From positions 2,208,001 through 2,272,000 of the forward strand of contig OZ244744.1 of the NCBI GenBank assembly GCA_965219455.1: a stretch of DNA of 64,000 nt, written 5' to 3'. The stretch's first letter is position 1; the number at the start of each line of letters is the position of its first letter. The notes beneath the pieces are model-generated. The model ran no database searches. It had not been told where the DNA came from and saw only the letters and a list, made by a program, of their open reading frames with translations. Both the position numbers and the translations under genes were made by a program. Of this stretch, positions 9,298 through 17,927 are shown piece after piece. Origin of the DNA: Candidatus Latescibacterota bacterium. Lineage in GTDB: Bacteria > Latescibacterota > UBA2968 > GCA-2709665.

Positions 9298-10104
9298 ATG
9301 GCGTTAGCATCCTCGATATCCTTGCACCACACGAGACTCGGTCATTCCCGGGAGCCTATCCGTTACCCTACGCCTTCGGCACCGCCGTGGATCGTCCCCA
9401 CCGTGGTCCGCATCAAAAACCCGGATGTAGATCTGAAGCTTCATTATGTGAAGGCCTTCCGCGTTTCTATCGTCCTTTCCTCAATCCTCCTCGCTGTTCT
9501 GTGCCTTGTCTTCCCTGAATATGAATCTCGCAGCTATTCAGCCTACCCCGCGCCGGTTATCATCACGCTCGAAGACATACCTGAAACCTATCAGGCGCCA
9601 AGACCCGAAACCGAAGATGTGATTTTGGGCGCGGGCGACCTGGATGGCGTGGCAGTCGTTGACACCGCCGAAGAAGAGGAATCGGACATCGACTTTCTTG
9701 CCAACCTCCACATCGATGACACCCTTGGAGATATGGATCGGACGCTTGACGAGGATGCCGTGGATTTCTGGGATGTTTCAAAAGAACCGGTACTCGTACG
9801 GGAAGTTCTGCCCATCTACCCCAAAATCGCCCACGAGTCCGGCCGCGAAGGGGTTATCTTCGTCAAATTCGCCGTTGGCACGGACGGACGAGTCAAAGAA
9901 GCCTCCATTCTGAAGGGTCCCAGGATTTTTCACGCATCCGCCCTGGAAGCCGTCTACAAATTTACCTTCAGACCGGCCCTTCAAAACGACAAGCCCGTCG
10001 CGGTCTGGATGACGCGCCCCATACGCTTCCGCCTGGTTGACAACCCGCTCGAGCCCCTGCCCCTGCAGGTAATCGAAACGCCATCGGTGCGCATTTCGCA
10101 TTAG
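9298..10104 (+). CDS. TonB family energy transducer
   Basis: One TM helix, acidic linker and a TonB_C domain (P.YP..A...G.EG.I.VKF.V..DG.V...FRPALQNDKPV). Start uncertain. Confidence 0.85.
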   Translation: MALASSISLHHTRLGHSREPIRYPTPSAPPWIVPTVVRIKNPDVDLKLHYVKAFRVSIVLSSILLAVLCLVFPEYESRSYSAYPAPVIITLEDIPETYQAPRPETEDVILGAGDLDGVAVVDTAEEEESDIDFLANLHIDDTLGDMDRTLDEDAVDFWDVSKEPVLVREVLPIYPKIAHESGREGVIFVKFAVGTDGRVKEASILKGPRIFHASALEAVYKFTFRPALQNDKPVAVWMTRPIRFRLVDNPLEPLPLQVIETPSVRISH

Positions 10105-10123
10105 ACCTACCCACGCCTCCATT

Positions 10124-11122
10124 CTACTGCTCCCGTTCGATCGCACCGCCTGAATAAACCACTTCCTTCAGGCGATCCTGTTCGTCCAGCCGAACCCGCA
10201 GGGTGAACGCTCGCCTGTTCAGAAATTGCGGATTGTGATCCAGCGCCGCACGCAAGGCCAGCGAACCCAGCCACCCCAGGCCGTCGGCCCGAATGCCAAA
10301 CCGCAAATCGTGGATCAAAAATGTTCGCCCGCTGTCACCGGACTCCGCCACCACCGGAAAACGCGCGAACCAGCGATAAATTCTCCCATCCCGCCGTTCC
10401 CACAGGCCTTCCAGACGGGGATCGGCAAGGGCCGACCGGTACGCGGTCGGCGCCTCGGCGATCCCCGATAACAAAGACACGGGTATTTCGTACCATTCTC
10501 CTTCACCGGATGCGATTCCCCGCCGGTGCAGAGGCGAAAAAGGCACTGGAACGGCCGCTACGGCCGTCAGGCCCCTATCGGTTGCCCAGCGGTCCACGTA
10601 GAGAAAGGCGATAGCCGAAACGGCGATACTGAGCGCCATATAGGCGCCAAGCGCCGCAGCGCCCAGGCGGTACCCCCTTTCTCCCCATCCCTTCCATCCG
10701 AGAACCAGTCCGCCGATCAGAATAATGTCCAGGTACGGGTCGATGATGAACAGCACGTCAAACAACGCCCGGTACCTGGAAAATGGCATAAAGATCATGG
10801 TCCCATAGGAGGTCACCAGGTCGAACAGAATATGCAGCGAAAAACCGGAAAGGGCGACAGCATACAGCTTGAGAAACGGAACTTCCTTGAGTATGAATCG
10901 CCGGACAACCCACGCAACGGCGAGGGCGCCGATTGCAGCACCGAAAAACGAATGTGTCATCCCCCGGTGCGTCTGCAGGCTGTCGAGCGCGTCGCTTGAC
11001 AGGAACACATCCACGTCGGGCAACACACTGGTGAGGGTAACCAGATTTACAAACCCACGGTTCTGCGGCCATACGGATCGCGCAACCAGACGGCCAACGA
11101 GGCCATGGGTCGGGGTGTCCAT
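10124..11122 (-). CDS. YdjM-like membrane metal-dependent hydrolase
   Basis: MDTPTHGL, LPDVD, HRGMTHS, HILFDLVTSYGT and IIDP motifs. Confidence 0.88.
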   Translation of the reverse strand: MDTPTHGLVGRLVARSVWPQNRGFVNLVTLTSVLPDVDVFLSSDALDSLQTHRGMTHSFFGAAIGALAVAWVVRRFILKEVPFLKLYAVALSGFSLHILFDLVTSYGTMIFMPFSRYRALFDVLFIIDPYLDIILIGGLVLGWKGWGERGYRLGAAALGAYMALSIAVSAIAFLYVDRWATDRGLTAVAAVPVPFSPLHRRGIASGEGEWYEIPVSLLSGIAEAPTAYRSALADPRLEGLWERRDGRIYRWFARFPVVAESGDSGRTFLIHDLRFGIRADGLGWLGSLALRAALDHNPQFLNRRAFTLRVRLDEQDRLKEVVYSGGAIEREQ

Positions 11123-11343
11123 CCCGTTTACCTTTGCTTGTGAAGAGAATGAAACGGAAATTACAGGCGGCGTTCTCTGTTCTCAAGTCCCTGCTGTGGG
11201 GCGCCACTTGCAGCGGTCATCTGACGCCGGATCGATGCGTTTGCATTTGAATTGCGGGACACACAGAATATACCCAATGCTCCGGCTGAATCAACCCCGC
11301 ACAAACGCCGCTTGACAGCGCGTGACCTGACGATGTAACATAG

Positions 11344-11503
11344 CAGTCCGTTGATAAAGTCGCTCTGCAGGCGAGGCCGAGTCATTGTGACCGAGGACAA
11401 GGCGCGCGACCGCGTCGAATCGAGGGATTCGGGGAGGGAGTGCAACGCAGTAATTCGGCCACAAGGGCCGGACGCAGCCCGGATGGACTTTTTCAACGGG
11501 CTG
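11344..11503 (+). mobile_element. MITE-like family B, full copy (160 bp)
   Basis: Inverted ends CAGTCCGTTGATAAAGTC / GACTTTTTCAACGGGCTG, with an exact 4-bp direct repeat ATAG on both sides. Confidence 0.8.
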
Positions 11504-11511
11504 ATAGGTCC

Positions 11512-11561
11512 AGACGGGATGAACCGGTGGAATCATGGTGCCATATTTCCGGGACAGGACG
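11512..11561 (+). repeat. MITE family A, right-end fragment
   Basis: AGACGGGATGAACCGGTGGAATCATGGTGCCATATTTCCGGGACAGGAC matches the right end of the 4962-5111 copy. Confidence 0.7.
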
Positions 11562-11609
11562 CTAATTGCCCCTTCCTCAAAAGTGAAGGGTTGATGGGAG
11601 GCTGAAAAT

Positions 11610-12341
11610 ATGTCCAGGCTCGAAGGAAAAGTCGCGTTGGTAACCGGCGGAAACCAGGGTATCGGGAAAGGAATCGCGCGGGCACTGGCCAAAGAGGGCG
11701 CGAATCTGGTGTTGACCGCCCGAACGGTGGAGACACTGGAATCGGCAGCGGAAGAGATCAGGGCGGAGGGCGTGGAGGCGCTGGTCGCTCCCGCGGACGT
11801 CACCGACGAATTGCAGGTCGAGGCTGTGTTCGCCCAAACGATGGACCGGTTCGGGAGGGTGGATGTCCTGGTGAACAATGCGGCGGCTTTTGACGGGGGA
11901 CCTATCGACGAACTATCCGCATCGGCCTGGGATTGGGCGATGGCGGTGAATCTGCGCGGACCCTTTTTGTGCACGCGGGCGGCGTTTCGCATCATGAAGG
12001 AACAGGGCGGAGGCCGGATAATAAATATAGGCAGCATTTCCGCGCAGCGGGTTCGTCCGAATTCCGCGCCCTACAGCACGAGCAAATTCGGCATCACGGG
12101 CCTTACGCATGCCACGGCGCTGGACGGCCGGGACTACGGTATTGCCTGCTCCTGCCTGCATCCCGGCAATACCCTGGTGGAACGGCGCCAGGAATCCAAC
12201 GTGCCCACGGACGAGGAACCAATGATGACGGTGGATGAATTGGCGCAGGCCGCGGTAACTATGGCCACGCTGCCGCTTCACGTCAACATGCTGGAGGCAA
12301 TCGTTTTGCCCGTAGGGCAGCTGTACGTTGGGAGAGGATGA
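11610..12341 (+). CDS. Short-chain dehydrogenase/reductase
   Basis: TGGNQGIG, NNA and YSTSK motifs. Confidence 0.93.
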   Translation: MSRLEGKVALVTGGNQGIGKGIARALAKEGANLVLTARTVETLESAAEEIRAEGVEALVAPADVTDELQVEAVFAQTMDRFGRVDVLVNNAAAFDGGPIDELSASAWDWAMAVNLRGPFLCTRAAFRIMKEQGGGRIINIGSISAQRVRPNSAPYSTSKFGITGLTHATALDGRDYGIACSCLHPGNTLVERRQESNVPTDEEPMMTVDELAQAAVTMATLPLHVNMLEAIVLPVGQLYVGRG

Positions 12342-12501
12342 ATGGATATCGGCATGTATCCCGACCTACCTGCATCCGAAACCCGGCGCCGGCCACAGGC
12401 GATCACAGGAAGGGGAAGCGGCTGTATCGGGAATCGAGTCCGCGAGTGTGTGATGGCTGAGTTTTAGGCGCCGCCGGATTTTTTCAAATCGAGGAATTTT
12501 C

Positions 12502-12530
12502 TTGACACTCGCGGTATGATTGTTTAATGT
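12502..12530 (+). promoter_or_regulatory. Sigma70 promoter of the aromatic amino acid operon leader
   Basis: TTGACA (12502-12507)-17 nt-TAATGT (12525-12530). Confidence 0.65.
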
Positions 12531-12616
12531 TACACCGTCCCTAGTTGGTGCGGCTATTCGGCGAAAACCGGCGCCGGTAATAGGTCGACAGGGGCTTGGA
12601 ACAAGGGGGATCGAAC

Positions 12617-12724
12617 GTGACGGATCATGGACAGTACGGGTTTTCCTGGCGCGGGTATTTTTATCGCTCCTACCGGTGGTATTACCGGGAGGTCTCGGAA
12701 CGTCATGTCTGCCCACGCGAATAA
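12617..12724 (+). CDS. Aromatic-rich attenuator leader peptide, 35 aa: MTDHGQYGFSWRGYFYRSYRWYYREVSERHVCPRE
   Basis: SD-like AAGGGGGA (12603-12610) 6 nt before GTG; 10 of codons 7-23 are Tyr, Phe or Trp; lies just before a terminator upstream of trpE. Confidence 0.85.
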   Translation: MTDHGQYGFSWRGYFYRSYRWYYREVSERHVCPRE

Positions 12725-12747
12725 GCCGTTGACAGAGTTGGAAACTT

Positions 12748-12778
12748 AGCCGTGGGCGTCTGCTCACGGTTTTTTTTT
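12748..12778 (+). terminator. Attenuator (intrinsic terminator)
   Basis: Stem-loop AGCCGTGGGC-GTCT-GCTCACGGTT with a T9 run; its left arm CGTGGGC is also complementary to GCCCACG at 12711-12717. Confidence 0.85.
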
Positions 12779-12925
12779 ATCCCGTCGAAACAGAACGCCA
12801 GTGAGACGTTAAAGCGTCAATCCCGCCGGCTGGCTGCCTGTCTCCGGATGCAGGACAATCGCTCGTCCGGCACAAACGGACGCGGAAGTTCGATGCGCGA
12901 ATTCTGATATATATTTCGAAGTCAG

Positions 12926-14416
12926 GTGAAATTCGTGAGTACACCCGATTTGAAGGCGTTGAAAACGCTGGCTGAAGGCCGGGGGGTGGTTCCGATTTCC
13001 AGGGAAATCCTCGGGGATACGGAAACCCCGGTGTCCGCCTATCTGAAGCTGCGGCCCCGGAGTCCCTACAGCTTTCTTTTCGAGAGCGTGGAAGGGGGAG
13101 AGAAGATCGGGCGCTATTCTTTCCTGGGAGTGGAGCCCTTTCTTGCGTTTCGGTCGTGGAAATCCCGGATAGAGGTGGAGGATTTGAAGCAGGGCGACGT
13201 TCGGGTATATGAAGGGTCACCCATCGCCGAGCTCAGGCGGCTGCTGAGAAAATACCGTTCAGCGCAGTTGGAGGGACTGCCCAGGTTTACCGGAGGGGCT
13301 GTAGGTTACGTGGGCTACGATGCAATCCGGTTGGTTGAAAATATCCCCGACCGCACGCGCGACGACCACGGTTTGCCGGACATCGTGCTGCTTTTCTACG
13401 ATACGCTTCTTGGCTTCGACAACATTCGGCAGAAGATCCACCTGATTTCCAACGTGCATACCTCCGGAGATATTGAAGACAATTACCGGGAGGCGGAGGC
13501 GCGAATCGATGCGCTGGAAGGTGCCTTGCGCGCGCCGATTCCCACGACCTGCGTTCCGGAAAGAGCGCCCCGACGCCGGGCGTGCGACATCCGGTCGAAC
13601 ACGGAGCGGTCAGTCTATCTGGACAAGGTGCGGCGCTGCAAGGAATATATCGTGGCAGGCGATATTTTTCAGGTCGTACTTTCGCAGCGCTTCGAGACGG
13701 AGATAACCGTCGGGTCACTGGACATTTACCGTGCGCTTCGAACGGTGAATCCGTCTCCATATATGTTCCATCTGGATTTGAAGGACGTGCGGCTTGTCGG
13801 CGCGTCGCCGGAGCTGCTGGTTCGGGTCGAGAACGGCGTTGTGCAGGTGCGTCCGATTGCGGGCACACGGTGGAGAGGGGCTACGGAAGAGGAGGATTCC
13901 GCTCTCGAAGCGGATCTGCTGGCAGACGAAAAGGAACGTGCGGAGCACATTATGCTTCTGGACCTGGGCCGGAATGACGTGGGGCGGGTATCCCGTTACG
14001 ATACGGTACGCGTAACGGAACAGATGGCGATTGAGCGCTATTCTCATGTGATGCATATTGTGTCGAATGTTCAAGGGCGCCTCAAAGATGGCGTGGATGC
14101 TCTGGATGCGCTTTATGCCTGTTATCCGGCAGGCACGGTTTCCGGCGCGCCCAAGATCCGCGCCATGGAAATTATCGACGAACTGGAGCCGACCCGGCGT
14201 GGACCGTACTCGGGGGCCGTGGGCTATATTGATTTTTCGGGCAATATGGATACGTGCATTGCCATTCGTACGATGGTGTTGCTGGGCAAGAAAGCCTACG
14301 TTCAGGCCGGTGGGGGAATTGTGTTCGATTCCGTGCCGGAGAACGAGCACCAGGAAACGATGAATAAGGCGAAGGCGCTGTTCCAGGCCGTGGAATTGGC
14401 GGAAGGTACGGTGTAG
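12926..14416 (+). CDS. trpE: Anthranilate synthase component I
   Basis: [33 protein letters not shown] and [10 protein letters not shown] motifs. Confidence 0.96.
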   Translation: MKFVSTPDLKALKTLAEGRGVVPISREILGDTETPVSAYLKLRPRSPYSFLFESVEGGEKIGRYSFLGVEPFLAFRSWKSRIEVEDLKQGDVRVYEGSPIAELRRLLRKYRSAQLEGLPRFTGGAVGYVGYDAIRLVENIPDRTRDDHGLPDIVLLFYDTLLGFDNIRQKIHLISNVHTSGDIEDNYREAEARIDALEGALRAPIPTTCVPERAPRRRACDIRSNTERSVYLDKVRRCKEYIVAGDIFQVVLSQRFETEITVGSLDIYRALRTVNPSPYMFHLDLKDVRLVGASPELLVRVENGVVQVRPIAGTRWRGATEEEDSALEADLLADEKERAEHIMLLDLGRNDVGRVSRYDTVRVTEQMAIERYSHVMHIVSNVQGRLKDGVDALDALYACYPAGTVSGAPKIRAMEIIDELEPTRRGPYSGAVGYIDFSGNMDTCIAIRTMVLLGKKAYVQAGGGIVFDSVPENEHQETMNKAKALFQAVELAEGTV

Positions 14417-14466
14417 CATCTAGGGATATATCCTGCCACTCTTCAACGATCACGACCCACATTCTT

Positions 14467-15030
14467 ATGATTCTGGTAATCGACAATTACGATTCGTTCA
14501 CGTACAATCTGGTTCAGTATCTGGGCGAGTTGGGTGCGCGGATAGAGGTGTTTCGGAACGATCAGATCGGGCTGGACCAGATCGGCGCGTACCGACCTGA
14601 GAAGATGGTGATTTCGCCCGGGCCATGTACGCCGAACGAGGCGGGAATCTCCGTGGATCTGGTCCGGCGGTTTAGCGGAGAGATTCCGATGCTGGGCGTC
14701 TGTCTGGGGCATCAGTGCATCGGACAGGCCTTCGGCGGCACCGTCGTGAGGGCTCCGGCGATTCTACACGGGAAAGTGTCCGAGATTCATCACGACGGAC
14801 GTTCGATTTTCAGGGGGATGTCACAGCCCTTTATCGCCACGCGATACCATTCCCTGATTGTCGAACGGGACAGCCTGCCGGACTGCCTCGAGGTTACCGC
14901 GCAGACACACGACGGAACAATAATGGGGTTGCGGCACAGGGAGTATCCGGTTGAGGGCGTGCAGTTTCATCCGGAGTCAATTCTGACGGCTGAGGGCAAA
15001 GTGTTGTTGAAAAATTTCCTGGATGGTTGA
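14467..15030 (+). CDS. trpG: Anthranilate synthase glutamine amidotransferase component II
   Basis: [22 protein letters not shown] and QFHPES motifs. Confidence 0.95.
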   Translation: MILVIDNYDSFTYNLVQYLGELGARIEVFRNDQIGLDQIGAYRPEKMVISPGPCTPNEAGISVDLVRRFSGEIPMLGVCLGHQCIGQAFGGTVVRAPAILHGKVSEIHHDGRSIFRGMSQPFIATRYHSLIVERDSLPDCLEVTAQTHDGTIMGLRHREYPVEGVQFHPESILTAEGKVLLKNFLDG

Positions 15031-15085
15031 ATTCGGGGATCGAAAGGCTGGACCGGATCTCTGTTTACGGGTTGGGGAGACGGCT

Positions 15086-16105
15086 ATGGCGATACAGGAT
15101 GCGATTGCGAAGCTGATTGAGGGACAGGACCTGACACGTGACCAGATGATCGGGACGATGGACCAGATTATGTCGGGGGAGGCGACGGACGCGCAGATCG
15201 GTGGGTTTCTGGTGGCTCTGCGTGTCAAGGGGGAGACAGTTGAGGAGATCGCGGGCGCCGCGGAGGTGATGCGGGAGAAGGCGACCCGGGTCGTGACGCG
15301 ACACACCACGGTGGTCGATACATGCGGCACGGGGGGCGATGGGTCGGGAACGTTCAATATATCGACGGCGGCAGCGTTTGTCGTGGCCGGCGCTGGCCTG
15401 TGTGTGGCCAAACATGGTAACCGCGCGGCAACCAGCCTTTGTGGAAGTGCGGATGTCTTGAAGGAACTGGGGGTAAATATCGAAGCGGCGCCGGGGACGG
15501 TGGGGCAGTGTCTGGATGAGGTGGGCATCGGGTTCCTGTTTGCTCCTGCCCTGCATGGCGCCATGAAATATGCGATTGGACCCAGACGCGAGGTCGGCGT
15601 GCGTACGATTTTCAACGCGCTGGGCCCACTGACCAATCCGGCTGGCGCAACCCGACACCTGATCGGGGTATATAGTCGATCGCTGACTGACCGGCTGGCC
15701 GAGGTGTTGCAAACATTGCAATCGGAACGCGCGTTTGTGGTACACGGGCTGGACGGGCTGGATGAGATCACCACGACCGGACCAACGCAGGTGAGCGAGT
15801 TGAAGAATGGGACCGTGTCCACGTATGAGATCAGGCCGGAGGACCTGGGCATCGCCAGGGCGACAGCAGGTGATCTGGCAGGTGGCAACGCCGAGACCAA
15901 TGCGGCGATCCTGCGCAGGGTGTTGCATGGTGAGCCCGGTCCGCGGCTGGATATTGTCCTGCTGAATGCGGCAGCCGCCATCGTTGCGGGTGGCGCCGCG
16001 GATGACCTGTCGGCGGGATTGGAACTGGCCAGGGAGACCGTGGATTCGGGGCGGGCGATTGATAAGCTGGAAAAACTGAAACTCGTCGCGAACGAGGGCA
16101 GTTGA
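15086..16105 (+). CDS. trpD: Anthranilate phosphoribosyltransferase
   Basis: DTCGTGGDG, NIST, KHGNR and GLDE motifs; start at MAIQDA after GGAGA. Confidence 0.96.
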   Translation: MAIQDAIAKLIEGQDLTRDQMIGTMDQIMSGEATDAQIGGFLVALRVKGETVEEIAGAAEVMREKATRVVTRHTTVVDTCGTGGDGSGTFNISTAAAFVVAGAGLCVAKHGNRAATSLCGSADVLKELGVNIEAAPGTVGQCLDEVGIGFLFAPALHGAMKYAIGPRREVGVRTIFNALGPLTNPAGATRHLIGVYSRSLTDRLAEVLQTLQSERAFVVHGLDGLDEITTTGPTQVSELKNGTVSTYEIRPEDLGIARATAGDLAGGNAETNAAILRRVLHGEPGPRLDIVLLNAAAAIVAGGAADDLSAGLELARETVDSGRAIDKLEKLKLVANEGS

Positions 16106-16192
16106 CACCGGGCAATTTCGTCGCTCACGCCCCGAGCGTACCCCTTGAACGGGAAAATTGGAGGTCGCCCGGCCGAAACGAAGATGGGGAGT

Positions 16193-16984
16193 ATGGCTAC
16201 GATCCTCGATGAGATCATCGCATATAAGCGGCGCGTGGTGGCTGCGGCAAAACAACGGGTCTCCCCCGAGGTGTTACAGAAGCGGGCGGACCTGGTCCGT
16301 GAGCCGGGCTCGCTGATGGAAAGCCTGACTGTCGCGGAGGATATCGCGCTGATCGCGGAGATAAAAAAGGCGTCTCCGTCAAAAGGGGTGATCAGGGAAA
16401 ATTTCGATCCGGTGGAAATCGGTCGGGCTTACGAGGAAAACGGCGCGGCGGCAATTTCCGTGCTGACGGACGTGAAGTATTTTCAGGGCTCCGACGACAG
16501 TCTGACGGCCGTAAGCGAAGCCGTGGAATTGCCGGTACTCCGGAAGGATTTCGTGGTTGATCCTTATCAGATCCATGAAGCCAGGACAATCGGGGCGTCT
16601 GCGGTTCTGCTCATTGTTTCAGCGCTCTCGTTTCGTGAATTGGCAGGGATGCTCGCCGTTTGCAGGGAGTCGAAACTGGGCGCACTGGTAGAAGTGCATA
16701 CCAGAGAGGAATCGAGGATTGCGCTGGATGCTGGAGCGGATCTGCTGGGAGTGAATAACCGCGACTTGAAGACGTTTGAAACAGACCTGCGAACCACGTT
16801 CGATCTGATTGAACATCTACCGGCAGAACTGGTAATTGTAAGCGAGAGCGGCATTGAGACCCGGGACCATGTGGTCCGCTTAAGGGATGCGGGCGTGGAT
16901 GCGGTGCTGGTCGGGGAACATCTGATGCGTCATCCTGATGTCGGTCGAAAGCTTCGAGCGCTGTTGGGCAAGGAAGGCGGCTGA
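16193..16984 (+). CDS. trpC: Indole-3-glycerol phosphate synthase
   Basis: IAEIKKASPSKG, LRKDF, VEVH, GVNNRDL and SESGI motifs. Start approximate. Confidence 0.96.
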   Translation: MATILDEIIAYKRRVVAAAKQRVSPEVLQKRADLVREPGSLMESLTVAEDIALIAEIKKASPSKGVIRENFDPVEIGRAYEENGAAAISVLTDVKYFQGSDDSLTAVSEAVELPVLRKDFVVDPYQIHEARTIGASAVLLIVSALSFRELAGMLAVCRESKLGALVEVHTREESRIALDAGADLLGVNNRDLKTFETDLRTTFDLIEHLPAELVIVSESGIETRDHVVRLRDAGVDAVLVGEHLMRHPDVGRKLRALLGKEGG

Positions 16985-16992
16985 TCCAAACC

Positions 16993-17625
16993 ATGGTTCG
17001 GGTGAAGATTTGCGGCATCACGAATCCGGAGGATGCGCTCTTTGCGGTTGCCCAGGGCGTTGACGCCCTGGGGTTCATCTTTTATGAACCCAGCCCGCGT
17101 TACGTGCATCCTGGCCACGTGAGCGAGATCGTGTCGGCGTTGCCGCCGTTTGTCACGCCAGTTGGCGTTTTCGTGAACAAGGTCAGGGAGGATATCCTGG
17201 CAATCGTGCGTTCGACGGGGCTTCGGGCGGTCCAATTGCACGGCGACGAGACGCCGGCTGATTGCCAGGGGTATCCTTTTCCGGTCATCCGTGCGTTGCG
17301 GGTCGGCGAGGGATTCAACCCTGCGTCGCTGAGCGTTTATCCCGTAAACACGTTTCTGCTGGATACGGCCAAGAAAGGATGGTACGGCGGCACGGGAGAA
17401 ACGTTCGACTGGCGGGTTGCAAGGGCGGCTTCGGCACACGGTCGGATCATTCTATCGGGGGGGATCGATCCGTCAAACGTGGCGGAGGCGGTCCGGACGG
17501 TGAATCCATATGCAGTCGACTGCGGCAGTGGCGTTGAGGCCGCGCCTGGCAGGAAAGACCACAACAGAATCGCCGAATTCTTCGGCGCGCTTCGCTCCGT
17601 AACAAGTGTTCTGCCCCGGAAATAG
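16993..17625 (+). CDS. trpF: Phosphoribosylanthranilate isomerase
   Basis: VKICGIT, QLHGDE, GGTGETFDW and SGVE motifs; the last codons come from a MITE A end. Confidence 0.96.
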   Translation: MVRVKICGITNPEDALFAVAQGVDALGFIFYEPSPRYVHPGHVSEIVSALPPFVTPVGVFVNKVREDILAIVRSTGLRAVQLHGDETPADCQGYPFPVIRALRVGEGFNPASLSVYPVNTFLLDTAKKGWYGGTGETFDWRVARAASAHGRIILSGGIDPSNVAEAVRTVNPYAVDCGSGVEAAPGRKDHNRIAEFFGALRSVTSVLPRK

Positions 17626-17880
17626 ATTGCCGAAATTCGGCCGACCAGAAGCAGCAAGAACAGCTATCAGCGATCAGCCGTCAGCTTGAAGCAAAAACCC
17701 AATCAGTTGACGTCAGCGCCGTGAAAAGCCAGCACCCGGAACGGGCGCAATGAGGGCACTTCTACAGGCTCGGTGTCAACATTTCCACAAACTTGCTTCG
17801 GCAAGCCGTTTCGACAGGCTCGACGTAGAAAACGCACCCGGCGAACGCAAAGCGGATAGATTGCCGAAATCTGCGACAAT
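17607..17880. repeat. MITE A left end plus degraded REP-like and heptamer repeats
   Basis: TGTTCTGCCCCGGAAATAGATTGCCGAAATTCGGCCGAC; TCAGCNN x3; CTTCTACAGGCTC and TTTCGACAGGCTC; a second ATAGATTGCCGAAAT near 17857. Confidence 0.6.
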
Positions 17881-17927
17881 CAGCGTAATTTTGCTTCATC
17901 AACCGAATCGATCTGGAGCGAGACATT

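Noticed and set aside
11161-11605. Recurrent short ORFs such as [19 protein letters not shown] and [13 protein letters not shown]
   Set aside because: These are translations of MITE family B with no SD support, not a protein family.
12520-12749. Other leader-region ORFs (12520-12732 MFNVTP..., and 12627-12749 MDSTGFPG...)
   Set aside because: The first starts inside the promoter. The second is 16 nt from the SD. Neither has a cluster of control codons, unlike the GTG-12617 frame.
17626-17927. Possible T-box riboswitch upstream of tyrS
   Set aside because: No T-box consensus or terminator was found; the gap is explained by repeat fragments.
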